A stretch of DNA of 64,000 nucleotides from the NCBI RefSeq assembly GCF_009834535.1, contig NC_045697.1:98086001-98150000 (forward strand), read 5' to 3'. Of the stretch, positions 1 through 12,300 are shown piece after piece; the first letter of the stretch is position 1, and every line of letters begins with the position of its first letter. The stretch is from Camelus ferus (lineage: Eukaryota). A program made the translations under genes and the position numbers. The notes beneath the pieces were generated by a model. That model made no database searches. It was not told where the DNA came from and saw nothing but the letters and a program-made list of their open reading frames with translations.

Positions 1-306
1 GACCAGCTGGAGCCTAAGGATTGATAGTGTTATAACCTCTGTGACACTGCCCTGTTACCTCACCATCTACCAATCAGAGAATTGTGTACCAGCTGATCAC
101 ACTCCCTGAGACTCCCCTCCCTCATCTGGCCTTTAAAAATGCTTCTCTGAAACCCATTGGGGAGTTCGGGTTTTTTTGACTGTTAGCTGCCCCAGACTCC
201 TTGTACAAGCCCTGCAATAAACGCTGCACTTTCCTTTACCACAGTCTGATGTCAATAGATTAGCTTTACTGTGGGGGCAAGCAGACCTAAGTTTGGTTTG
301 GTAAGA
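1..306 (+). mobile_element. ERV1-class LTR, 3' part (cut by window edge)
   Basis: CCAAT, TATA-like TTTAAAAA and AATAAA (216-221). Clearly homologous to the complete LTR at 41228-41829 (CCCTGTTAyCTCmCCATC.ACCAATCAGAG shared). Confidence 0.75.
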
Positions 307-1534
307 AGGCTATTTAATAATAACTCGAGTAACAGGTCTTCAAACATCAAAAGCTTGACCAACACATATGTCAGTTAGGGAAATCTCTCATTCATTGAAA
401 TATGAAACCTCACTCATCTCATTCATTGAAATTGGATCCTTCCTGAAGCCTTTTCACTTAGAGTGTGGAGGAAAGTATCTACTCTTTCCCGCCTCCCTCT
501 GTCCCCAGTAACACACAGAAAACATTCTCCAAAGAAGTTTCTTCCCTAAAGCCTCTTCAACCTCTATCTTTTACACATGCCTGTGGGTAGGCAGACCCAG
601 GTTAGGATCACCCATCTTACAAGTCTAGCTCCTTGATGTGGAATGTTTTCTTCTCCAATCTGGGCCTCTGGAGAAAACAGAAAATTCCACTGAACATCCT
701 GTTGCTTACATAAAATGTCTTAATAATTAGAGTGGTTCAGAAAATGTAATTGTCAGCATTGTGAACACTGAAAGAGTTCAAATAGAGGCTAGATCTTGAT
801 CAGACACTGTCAGTCTCCAGCACAGACTGGGAAGTCAATCATCTCAAAGGTACTTTTTAGCCCTTAAAACTTAAGACAGGCTGCCTCTGTATAGGAGGAG
901 CTGAGAGGTTTCCCTAGTTTTCAAGGACAAACAGAGGGAAGAACATCAACAGAAAATCAGAATATGATGCAACTCAATACACATCTCCACATATCCTACT
1001 TGGCTATCATTTGATCTCTCCTCATTTTGTTTGAATTGGCATATCATGACAGCACCAAGCTTGTTATTTCAACTTTAGCATAAAATCCCTAGAGGGATAA
1101 AAGGAGAGTTCTGGGTTCAGATACACCAAGGATTTACATAATCAAAAACAGTTTAAAAATAAAACAGTAACAACACTGGCATAGTTAAGTAGTGTGGCAA
1201 TATTCAACATCAGTCTATTTCAAAATAATTACTAATAATTACAATAATAACAATTAACATAATCTTTCCTTCCTTTCCTTCAGGCTCCTTCATTCTAATT
1301 GCACTTTAGTATTTTTTCTTAGGCCAGATTTTATCAAACACAATCAGGGTCCTTTTTTGCCTCTCACAAAATTGCTTTGGTTTGATTTTTGTTCAGAAAC
1401 GAAAAGAAATACTTAAACTCTACGTTAGCTTTTTCCTAATTGTCTTGTTCTGAAGTTCACCAACATATGCACTTTTTTGCTCTTTCTGAGAAAAACTGGT
1501 TGCAAATTCATTACTTCTCTGGTTCTAAGGAATT

Positions 1535-1573
1535 CACACACACACACACACACACGCGCGGGCGCACGCACAC
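1535..1573. repeat. (CA)n(CG)n alternating purine-pyrimidine microsatellite
   Basis: Read directly from the sequence. Confidence 0.95.
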
Positions 1574-2060
1574 TATGTGAACAATGTAGATTTTCTGCCA
1601 GTTGCATAAGGAGACTGTTAACATTTCATACTCCACAACAAAGCACTTAAAACTCCTCAGATATTTTTGCCTCTAACATCCTCTTCAGCTAAACCTCCAT
1701 GGACGATTTTTTTTTTTTCTTTCTTTCTTCTTCTTTTGGTCTCTCCTTTCCTTCCTGCAATATTAGACTCTGGATTCTTTACTCCTCTCTCCGGTATTTC
1801 CCTCAGAAACTTCCAGTTCTTCTTTCCGTTATATGTGGAGTAAATTCACTCTACCTCAGTACCAGGAATTTTGAACATCTGAACATAACCCCGAGATGTT
1901 GCACAGTCTCTTTTAATACCTCCTGCCTTCCCGAGAATCCATTGTAGCCACCACCTCTGATCTTCGGAACATGCTCACCTGGCGTCCCTTCCCTCATCCC
2001 AAGAGGTCCACCTGGACCGTCTAGTGAGTGAGTGTTTCTCCCTCTATTTAGATATGCCAT

Positions 2061-3766
2061 TGATGGATTTCCGGAAGATGGCGGAGTAGAAGGACGCTCG
2101 CAGGTCACCCTCTCCCACAGATACACCAAGACCCACAACTACAGACCCACTCAGCCAACCAGAGCACCTGCGGAACTCCGACAGAACATCGCCCTCTTCA
2201 AAAGATAAAGACTGCCAAAAATCTGGTAGGAGAAAAGGAAAAAAGAAAGAACAAAAGGCAAAGCAGCACGGGACGGGTCCCGAGGGGAGGGAGCGGCAAA
2301 GGAGGACTGGCGCTCGCTCGCTGGGTCTCCCCTATCCAACTAAGAGGCCAGCGGGACGGAGGGGGAGCCTCCGAGGCTCGGATCTGTACAGAGCAGCCCT
2401 TGACTAACAGAACTAAGTTAAACGGGCACAGAGCGTCCCCCCGACACCCAGCCTGAGACGCGGGCAGGCAGCCATGGGCAGGGCCAGGCTGCACAAGCCA
2501 GGTGGAGGACAGAAGTGGCTGCACGGAGGCAGCCCCGGGGGAATGCAAGGGGCTGCGCGCCGTGGCTGTGGGTGCACAGGGCAGAACAACCTGGGCCCTC
2601 CATAAAACAGCAAGGTTGATGTGCTCTCGGGGGAAGGGTGCACACCCCCATCTCTGAAACCTGCGGAAAGTTTCCAGGGGAAGAGAGGCGGCGTTCAGGC
2701 ACAGCCGCCACATCCTCCGCGCTTAGCACCCAGGCGGGGGCGGGGGCGAAACCTGCATCTGCACCGAAGGGCTTAGCAGCCTCAAAGGCCAGACTGGGAC
2801 TGGCCTGCAGCCCTGGGCAGATAGGATCCTTCCATCCTGGTCCCTCAGAGAACTTGCTCCACAAAGACAAACAAGGAGCTGGGTTTTGGCTCGGAGCAGG
2901 GACAGGACTGTCCCTCGGTCTTCCCCGAGCCCACCCGCGGAGCGCCAACCAGGGCGGAGCGCGGACCAGGGCGGAGCGCGCAGCCGCACAGAGCAGCTGA
3001 GCTACCAGCGGCGCAGGTAGAACGAGAACGGCCCCCCCCCCCGCCTTTCGGGCAGGAACACAGCCCCTGACCGAGGTGCTGGGAGGGGGCACGACCCAAC
3101 CTCCTACCTGGCCAGTCTGCAACATCTGACTGCGGCATCCGGAGGGGCAGCGACCCGCCCGCCCACAGCAGAGAGCTGCAGCTAACCCAGTGTTAGGAGG
3201 AGGCGCGATCTGCTTGCCGACAGGTGCTGGGAGCAGCACAGAAGAGGGCGCCAACGGAGGGCCTCTGAAAACAGCAAGCTGAGCTTCCAAAACAGGACGA
3301 AGACAGAAAGACTTCACATTAAAAGCACACAGACTCCAGGAGAACACCGACAACCGCCCCCCCCCCTTTTTTTTTAATCTGTTTTCACCTGTTCTATTTT
3401 CTATTACTCTCTTAATCTTTACTTCTTAATTCTTAATTCATTTCTATTTCTCTTGGGTTTTGATGTCCTGCTATTGATTAGACACAGGTTTCAAATACAT
3501 CTATTCACCCCCCCCCCCTTTTTTGGAAAGGTTTCAAAAGGACGCCTCAACCCGATTAATACTCTGCTTCAATTCACTCTTCTATTATTCATTATACACT
3601 GTTTTCAAACCCTCTTTCTCCCTTCTTTTAAAATTCTTTCTCTCTCTCTCTTATTTTTTTTTTCTTTTTTTCCTAAGTTCTATTCCAAAATAGGCATCAG
3701 ATAGATAAAATCCTTAAGGACCAAAATAAACAACTGATACTCCATAAACCACAGTGCCAAAGAGGT
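2061..3766 (+). promoter_or_regulatory. L1 5'UTR internal promoter, CpG-rich
   Basis: YY1 motif AAGATGGCGG at 2075-2084 overlapping an ETS-like CCGGAAG. Tandem GC boxes ACCAGGGCGGAGCGCG x2 at 2948-2980. High CpG density over ~2070-3350. Confidence 0.85.
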
Positions 3767-4670
3767 ATGAGCAAGATGAAGAAGCAGAAAAACCTTTCCC
3801 AATTAAAAGAACAAGAGAAATCCCCTGAAAGAAAGATCAACGAAATAGACATCGATCGCCTACTAGATCAAGATTTCAAAAAAGGAGTGATCGAATTGCT
3901 GAAGGAATTAAAAGAGATAGTGTTTAGAGATATAAAATATGTCAAAAATGAAACTGAAGCTATAAAGAAGAGCCAAGTAGAATGGGTAAACTCATTGACA
4001 GAGATGAGGAATGATCTAATAGCTGTGCAAAGCCGACTAGAAAATGCAGAGGAACGAATTAGTGATCTAGAAGACAGGGCAATAGAAAGCACCCATTCAG
4101 AAGAACTACAAGATAAGCAAATAAAAAATAATGAAAATAGCATAAGGGACCTATGGGATAATATAAAGCGTCCCAATCTTCGCATAATAGGGGTCCCAGA
4201 AGGAGAAGAAAGATCAAAGGGGGTTGAAAAGGTTTTTGAAGAAATCATGACTGAAAACTTCCCAGACTTAAAGAAGGAATCAGATATCCAAGTACAGGAA
4301 GCTCAGAGGGTCCCAAACAGGAAGAACCCAAATAGACCCACACCAAGACATATCATAATCAAGATGGCCAGAGTCAAGGATAAAGAAATGATTCTAAAGG
4401 CAGCAAGAGAAAAGCAAAGAGTAAGTTACAAGGGAACTCCCATAAGGCTCTCAGCTGATTTCTCTACACAAACGCTACAGGCCAGAAGGGAGTGGCAAGA
4501 TATATTCAAAGCCCTGAATGAAAAAAAGATGCAGCCTAGGATCCTTTATCCAGCAAGGCTATCCTTAAGGATAGAAGGAGAAATAAAGAGTTTCACAGAC
4601 AAAAAAAAAGCTGCAGGAGTTTAGCAACACTAAACCCATGCTAAAAGAAATACTGAAAGGGCTATTCTAA
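3767..4670 (+). pseudogene. ORF1: L1 ORF1p (coiled coil, RRM, CTD), frameshifted near the C-terminus
   Basis: Motifs NLRIIGVPE, PRHIIIK, ARREW and YPARLS. One extra A in the run at 4601-4609; removing it gives DKKKLQEFSNTKPMLKEILKGLF* ending at 4670. Confidence 0.93.
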
Positions 4671-5070
4671 ATAGAAAAGCAGCAGGATGCTACAGAAATG
4701 AGAAACACACAACTGGAAAGGTGATAACTCATGAATTACAAATAAAGTAAACATGAAATTATAAAAGAAGACATACAAATCACTGAGAGTGGGAGAGGGA
4801 GGCAGGGAAATATAGAATATTTTTTTCTTTTTTAAATTTTTTTAACAGTAGGATGGGTTTGAGATCATGTTACTATCAGTTTAATAAAAACAGTTATAGT
4901 AATGGGTTGACAGATTTACAAAAAAGGGTAACCACAAGCCAAAAATTTACAAAGGAGTCACAAAAATTAAATAAAATCCATGATAATACAAAGGAAGATT
5001 ACCAAACCACAAAAGGAAGAAGAAAGGAACAAAGAGGATATACCAATTCAACTGCAAAGATAAGTTCAAA

Positions 5071-8000
5071 ATGGCAATAAACACACATCTATCATTAATT
5101 ACTGTAAATGTTAATGGATTAAATGCTCCAGTCAAAAGACACAGAGTGGCAGACTGGATAATAAAGCAAGAACCTTCAATATGCTGCATACAAGAGACCC
5201 ACTTTAGGGAGAAGGACACATATAGATTGAGAGTGAAAGGATGGAAAAGGATATTCCATGCAAATGGAAAAGCCAAAAAAGCAGGTGTTGCAGTACTGAT
5301 TTCAGACAAAATAGACTTTAAAACAAAGGCCATAAAGAAAGATAAAGAAGGACATTTTATAATGATTAAGGGAGTGATACAAGATGAGGATATTACACTC
5401 GTTAATATATATGCACCCAATATAGGAGCACCTAAGTACATACAAGAATTACTAACAGAGATAAAGGGGGATATTGATGGGAATACAATCATAGTTGGAG
5501 ATTTTAACACTGCATTAACATCACTAGACAGATCTTCCAGACAGAAAATAAACAAGGCAACAGAGAAATTAAATACTACAATAGAAAAACTAGATTTGGT
5601 GGATATTTTCAGAGCGTTACACCCCCCAAAAATAGGATATACATTCTTTTCAAGTGCACATGGAACATTTTCCAGGATCGATCGTGTACTTGGGCACAAA
5701 AGAAACCTCAACAATTTTAAGAAGATAGAAATTATCTCAAGCATCTTTACTGACCACAATGCCATGAAACTGGAAATCAACAACAGAGAAACAAAGGAGA
5801 AAAAAAGGAAAGCATGGAGATTAAACAATATGTTATTGAAAAAACAATGGATCAATGAGGAGATCAAAGCTGAAATTAAAAAATACCTTGAGACAAATGA
5901 TAATGAAAGCACAACCACTCAAAACCTATGGGACACAGCAAAGGCAGTGCTAAGAGGGAAGTTTATAGCGATACAGGCCTTCCTCAAAAAAGAAGAACAA
6001 TCTCAAATAAACAATTTAACCCACCACCTGAATGAATTAGAAAAAGAAGAACAAAAAGCCCCAAAAAGCAGCAGAAGGAAGGAAATAATAAAGATCAGAG
6101 AGGAATTAAATACAATAGAGATTAACAAGACCATAGAAAAAATCAACCAAACCAAAAGCTGGTTTTTTGAAAAAGTAAATAAAATCGACAAACCTCTGGC
6201 CAAACTCACAAAGAAGAAAAAAGAGAGAGCACAAATTAGCAAAATAAGAAAGGAAAATGGAGAAATTACAACACACAAAATAGAAATACAGAATATCATA
6301 CGAGAATATTATGAAAAACTATATGGAACCAAACTGGATAACCTAGAGGAGATGGACAAGTTTCTGGAAACATACTGTCCACCAAAACTGAATCAAGAAG
6401 AATCTGAACACTTGAACAATCCGATCACTAGAAAGGAAATAGAAATAGCAATTAAAAACCTCCCTACAAATAAAAGTCCAGGACCAGACGGCTTTACCGG
6501 TGAATTCTACCAAACATACAAAGAAGAACTCATACCAGTCCTTCTCAAACTCTTCCAGACGATTGAAAAGGAGGGAATACTCCCAAACTCATTCTATGAA
6601 GCCACCATCACCCTGATACCAAAACCAGGCAAAGACACTACAAAAAAAGAGAATTATAGGCCAATATCACTGATGAACATAGACGCCAAAATCCTCACCA
6701 AAATTTTAGCAAATAGAATCCAACAACACATAAAAAAGATTATACATCATGACCAAGTGGGGTTCATCCCAGGGACACAAGGCTGGTTCAACATACGCAA
6801 ATCAATCAGTGTAATACATCACATCAACAAGAGAAAGGACAAAAACCACATGATCATCTCCATCGATGCAGAAAAAGCATTTGATAAAATTCAACACCCA
6901 TTTATGATAAAAACTCTCGCCAAAGTGGGTATAGAGGGAACATATCTCAACATAATAAAAGCTATATATGACAAACCTACAGCCAGCATAGTACTCAACG
7001 GTGAAAAACTCAAAAGCTTCCCACTAAAATCTGTGACAAGACAAGGATGCCCACTATCACCACTCCTATTCAACATAGTCCTGGAAGTCCTAGCCACAGC
7101 AGTCAGGCAAGAGAAAGAAATAAAAGGGATCCAAATTGGAAAAGAAGAGGTAAAAGTGTCATTATATGCTGATGACATGTTACTATATATAGAAAACCCT
7201 AAAAGGTCCACACAAAAGCTACTAGAGCTGATTGAAGAATTCAGCAAGGTAGCAGGTTACAAAATTAACGTTCAAAAATCAGTTGCATTTCTTTACACTA
7301 ACGATAAATCAACAGAAGAAGAAAGTAAAGAAACAATCCCCTTTAAAATAGCACCCAAAGTAATAAAATATCTGGGAATACATCTAACCAAGGAGGTGAA
7401 AGAATTATACACAGAAAACTATAAACCATTGATGAAGGAAATTAAAGAAGACTTTAAAAAATGGAAAGATATTCCATGCTCTTGGATTGGAAGAATCAAT
7501 ATTGTTAAAATGGTCACACTGCCCAAGGCAATCTACAGATTTAATGCAATCCCTATCCAATTACCCAGGACATATTTCACAGAACTAGAAAAAAATCATA
7601 ATAAAATTCATATGGAACCATCAAAGACCTAGAATTGCCAAAGCATTACTGAAGAGAAAGAAAGAGGCGGGAGGAATAACTCTCCCAGACTTCAGACAAT
7701 ACTGTAGAGCTACAGTCATCAAGACAGCATGGTATTGGTACCAAAACAGACATATAGACCAATGGAACAGAATAGAGAGCCCAGAAATGAACCCACAAAC
7801 TTTTGGTCAACTCATCTTTGACAAAGGAGGCAAGAATATACATTGGAATAAAGACAGTCTCTTCAGCAAATGATGTTGGGAAAACTGGACAGCAGCATGT
7901 AAAACAATGAAGCTAGAACACTCCCTTACACCATATACAAAAATCAACTCAAAATGGATTAAAGACTTAAACATAAGACAAGATACAATAAACCTCCTAG

Positions 8001-8870
8001 AGGAAAACATAGGCAAAACATTATCTGACATACATTTAAAAAATTTTCTCCTAGAAGAAATAAAAGCAAGAATAAACAAATGGGACCTAATGAAACTTAC
8101 AAGCTTCTGCACAGCAAAGGAAACCAGAAGTAAAACAAGAAGAAAACCTACGGAATGGGAGAAAATTTTTGCAAGTGAAACCGACAAAGGCTTGATCTCC
8201 AGAATATATAAGCAGCTCATACGACTCAATAAGAAAAAAATAAACAACCCAATCCAAAAATGGGCAGAAGACCTAAACAAGCAATTCTCCAAGGAAGACA
8301 TACAAATGATCAAAAAGCACATGAAAAAATGCTCCATATCACTAATTATCAGAGAAATGCAAATCAAAGCTACAATGAGGTATCACCTCACACCAGTCAG
8401 AATGGCCGTCATTCAAAAATCCACAAATGACAAAAGCTGGAGAGGCTGTGGAGAAAGGGGAACCCTCCTACACTGCTGGTGGGAATGCAGTTTGGTGCAG
8501 CCACTATGGAAAACAGTGTGGAGATTCCTCAAAAGACTAGGAATAGACTTACCATATGACCCAGGAATCCCACTCCTGGGCTTGTATCCAGAAGGAAATC
8601 TACTTCAGGATGACACCTGCACCCCAATGTTCATAGCAGCACTATTTACAATAGCCAAAACATGGAAACAGCCTAAATGTCCATCAACAGGTGACTGGAT
8701 AAAGAAGAGGTGGTGTATTTATACAATGGAATACCTACTCAGCCATAAAAACCGACAACATAATGCCATTTGCAGCAACATGGATGCTCCTGGAGAATGT
8801 CATTCTAAGTGAAGTAAGCCAGAAAGAGAAAGAAAAATACCATATGAGATCGCTCATATGTGGAATCTAA
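5071..8870 (+). pseudogene. ORF2: L1 ORF2p (APE endonuclease, reverse transcriptase, Cys-rich CTD), disrupted
   Basis: NVNGLN, QETH, GDFN, TDH, QGCPLSP and YADD are intact in the 5071-7632 ORF. Lesions: +1 A at ~7591-7595, TGG>TGA at 7871-7873, +1 C at 8734/5. Corrected stop at 8868-8870. Confidence 0.95.
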
Positions 8871-8962
8871 AAAACAAAAACAAAAACAAACAAACAAAAA
8901 CAAAGCGTAAATAAAGGACAGAAATAGACTCACAGACAGAGAATACAGACTTGTAGTTACCA

Positions 8963-8994
8963 GGGGGGTGGAGGGTGGGAAGGGATAGACTGGG
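8963..8994 (+). other. G-quadruplex-capable tract in L1 3'UTR
   Basis: GGGGGGTGGAGGGTGGGAAGGGATAGACTGGG has five G3+ runs. A G-rich tract is typical of mammalian L1 3'UTRs. Confidence 0.7.
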
Positions 8995-9230
8995 ATTTCA
9001 AAATTGTAGAATAGACTACACTGTATAGCACAGGGAAATATACACAAAATGTTATGATAACTCACAGAGAAAAAAATGTGACAATGAATGTGTATATGTC
9101 CATGAGTAACTGAAAAATTTTGCTGAACGCTGGAATTTGACACAACATTGTAAAATGATTATAAATCAATAAAAATGTTAAAAAAATTATATTCAAAAAA
9201 AAAAAGATATGCCATCTGAGTGAAAGCAGG

Positions 9231-9364
9231 TTTTTTCTTTCCTTTTTTGGGGGGGGGTTGGTAATTAGGTTTATTTATTTATTTGTTTGAATGGAGGCAC
9301 TGGGGGTTGAACCCAGGATCTCGTGCATGCTAATCACCACTCTACCACTGAGCTGCACACTCCC
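9231..9364 (-). mobile_element. tRNA-derived SINE, Vic-1-type (camelid)
   Basis: Minus strand reads GGGAGTGTGCAGCTCAGTGGTAGAG (A box) ... GGTTCAACCCC (B box) ... (AAAT)n CCTAATTACC C-run A-tail. Confidence 0.85.
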
Positions 9365-12300
9365 TGGCCCACATCTTGAAAGATCGTGCCTTGCCATGCA
9401 AGAGAGTCTTCACCAACAGCACGTGTTTCCTTTCCAGGACCCACATTTCCCATGGCCCTGAGGATGACATTCCACAAGGTGACTCTTATTTCCAACCATA
9501 CATCTAGAAACCTGTTTGGATGGAAGTAAGACACCATGATCCAGATAATTAGATAATTATACCCTGAATTTATAGGGCACTTTTCTGAGGAACTCTGACT
9601 TCCTCTCAAGATCTAAGATTCCCATCATTTCCCTTCCATAAATATCATAATCCAAAAAGTAATGATTGTACCCATAAATGCAGACCTATTTCAAGAGTTG
9701 AAATGTATTTTTAATGGTTAACCCTAAATCCAGAGTCCCAGCATATTCAGGAGTGACAAAACAGGAAGCTGGCAACCAGTTACGTTGTGTACAATGGTTG
9801 TAAAGTAGTTTATTTTCTGCCTGAGTAAGGGATTAAGACATGCATCTGGGATCGCTAGGGAAGGTGTTCAGCAACTGTCAGCCCCCTAATAATTACAGAC
9901 CACAGTTGCTTTTAAGACATACTCCCCACTTTCTGCCCAGTGGTAACTGCCTTCCGCCACCTGCCCTGTCAGCACTGCTTGTGTAGACTGCGAGGGGCAG
10001 GTCCGCACTCACCTGAGGTTAAAGATTACCCTGTGGCTTTTCCCTCCAGTTTACACATTCTAATATTTTCCTACTGGATTATCACCTGGCGACATCAGCA
10101 GGGAAAGAAAGACGTGCACGGCGGGTCAAAACTACCTGTAGACTTCCCTACTGAGGAGTGTGTATGTGTGTGTACGCATGCATGTTTCATCAACAGTGCT
10201 GTTGCAGTACCTTCAAGCCAAGCTGAAAAAGGAAGAATCAAAGATAAGGAAATGACGAATCAAAATCATCTCTCCAAAGTTATGTTGTCAAACCAGAGAA
10301 GGAAGGTCCCTATAGGGGTACAAAATGATGTTGGTGCAGGCTATCTGCATTGGACAGATATTCCACTCTATTGCTTTAAATTGACATTTTGCAATGTGCA
10401 GATAGGCATAAACACACACATAAACACACATCAAGAACTTTCATCTACATTCCTTAAATACTGCCTTTCCTAGGAAAGCGCAGGTCTTTATGTGGTTAGG
10501 AGATGGTAATTTTGGCCCAGCGAGGCTGCTTTTTATGCTGAGAAAATGAAAGCCCTTTGAAGATTAATAGGACTGTGGGTCTTCATTCATTTTGCAAGGG
10601 CACAGCCATGCTGATTCCTGCACTGTAGCAATTTAAGGAGAGCAAGAATCAGCCTCACCTGTGAGAAATGACTCACGATGCAATCTTCCCCAGATTGCCC
10701 CCTTCCTTCAGTCTTATCCAGCTCCTCCAGTTCACTATATCAGCACCCATCTCCTCCAGATACTTATGAGAAAAGTTCATGTTAGTTGTCTCAGTAAATA
10801 TAAAAATATATGAAGAGGTCAGACAGCTTGCCCAACAAATTAGCAAGTTTCGTTTAGTACATTAGAATTCTCTGAAATGGTACTTGGGGTCTTCTGGGAT
10901 GTTTTCTTCCTTAAACAAAGGCAATGCCAAAACAAACAAACAAACAAACAAACAAACCTGTATTTCTCAGAATGCATTCATCCCATGGTTTGGACCCACC
11001 CACAGGAAAATACAACTGCCCTCCTGTGGCTTCCCCTCTCTGTGTCCCTAATGAGGCTCTCCTGATCTCCATTTCCTATAAGTGGCTCATTTTTTTTTTT
11101 ACTACGTCTTGGACTTACAGCTGTGTGGCTTTTGGGTTGGGACTTTTTTTTTAAAAAAAGCCATGTCTAAAGGCAATTCATTTGATCAGAGAGTTATCTC
11201 CTGACTTCCTCTTTTTATCATTTCTCAGTCAGACCTGGGCTGCGGGTGGAATCCTGCAGTTACTTTGTTTAACATTAAAAATAATTTCATTTTCCTGCCA
11301 GAAGCTGGTCTTACTGATCATGTTGCTGCTTAGAAGCCTGGAGAATCATGGCTTTCACCTCACTTTTAGTAGTGAAAGATGGCAGATAATCCTAATTAAG
11401 AAAGAAACACGGATGGGGAGAAAGACTGCAATACAGAACAAGAAGAATAACAACTCTACTGTAGCAGCTATTTCCATAATCCCAAAGAGAAAGGGAAATT
11501 GTCAAGGCAGCAGGAATTGCTTTCAAGAGCAGTCTCCACTCTAAGACTAAAGCAGAGATGTGGCTAAATTTACTCAGATCCACTTCTTCAGTTCAGTGGA
11601 GCATTTCCATTTAACCTAGTACTGCAAAACCAACAGTTCAGTAGAGAACACCATACATTCTGAGAGGAACATTATTTGTATTCAAGAAGCAAAAAAATTG
11701 ATATATTTTACTACTGCATTAAGTAAATTTGAATTCAAAAGATCTGAAGAGATTTTTTTTTTTTTCTCCAGGCATCATTTCTTCTTTTCTGCAAATCATC
11801 AGTTACAAATCTTTGATTTGAGGGCTCAGAGATGATGTAGGAATGTCAATGCCTGCAGCTGATAGCTGATAGCTAGCCTCTTGACCTGGGTGTCTAAGGC
11901 TGTTGCCAAATCATTGAGTGCTTGTTCGTTATAGCCCGGGGTAATGGCGATGAACATTAGCCAGGGTAGCATGATGTGGATGCTGAATGACCACAGCACA
12001 GAGAAAATCCAGGAGTGTCAACAAATCAGTCCCTTTTCGTTTATACAGCTCCCATAACAGAAAATAGATGTCCTATGTAACATGTGGTAAAGAACAGGAA
12101 GTAAATTTATCTCTGGATTTTGATATACAAAAGGCATGGGTTTTAGGGTCAGGCAAACCTAACTCCATGTAAACACATAGAAAAGATACTGCCTACTGGA
12201 CACTGCATAGTGTTCACAATTGGTATAGTTTCCAACTGGTATAGCCAACTCAATAACCCAATAATGGAGGCGATTGTGGAAAAGATCTTAGCCAAAGAAA

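Larger units (their letters stand above)
2061..9204 (+). mobile_element. Full-length young LINE-1 retrotransposon (~7.1 kb)
   Basis: TSD AGATATGCCAT at 2050-2060 and 9205-9215 with a TTT/AG endonuclease-type site. GC-rich 5'UTR, ORF1, ORF2, 3'UTR, AATAAA and A-tail are all present. Confidence 0.98.

Noticed and set aside
5680..5685. Loss of the endonuclease catalytic histidine (SRIDRV instead of IDH)
   Set aside because: The catalytic His is in the downstream (S/T)DH motif, which is intact (FTDHN).
4947..5918. 323-aa minus-strand hydrophobic ORF (and similar ones at 3868-4248, 6003-6299, 6891-7247, 7807-8367)
   Set aside because: Antisense shadows of A-rich L1 coding sequence, with no independent evidence of coding.
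9300..9364. tRNA gene
   Set aside because: The A/B boxes belong to the SINE head, which is followed by a SINE-specific tail.
9940..10473. 177-aa plus-strand ORF
   Set aside because: GTG start, runs through microsatellite-like sequence and has no domain signature.
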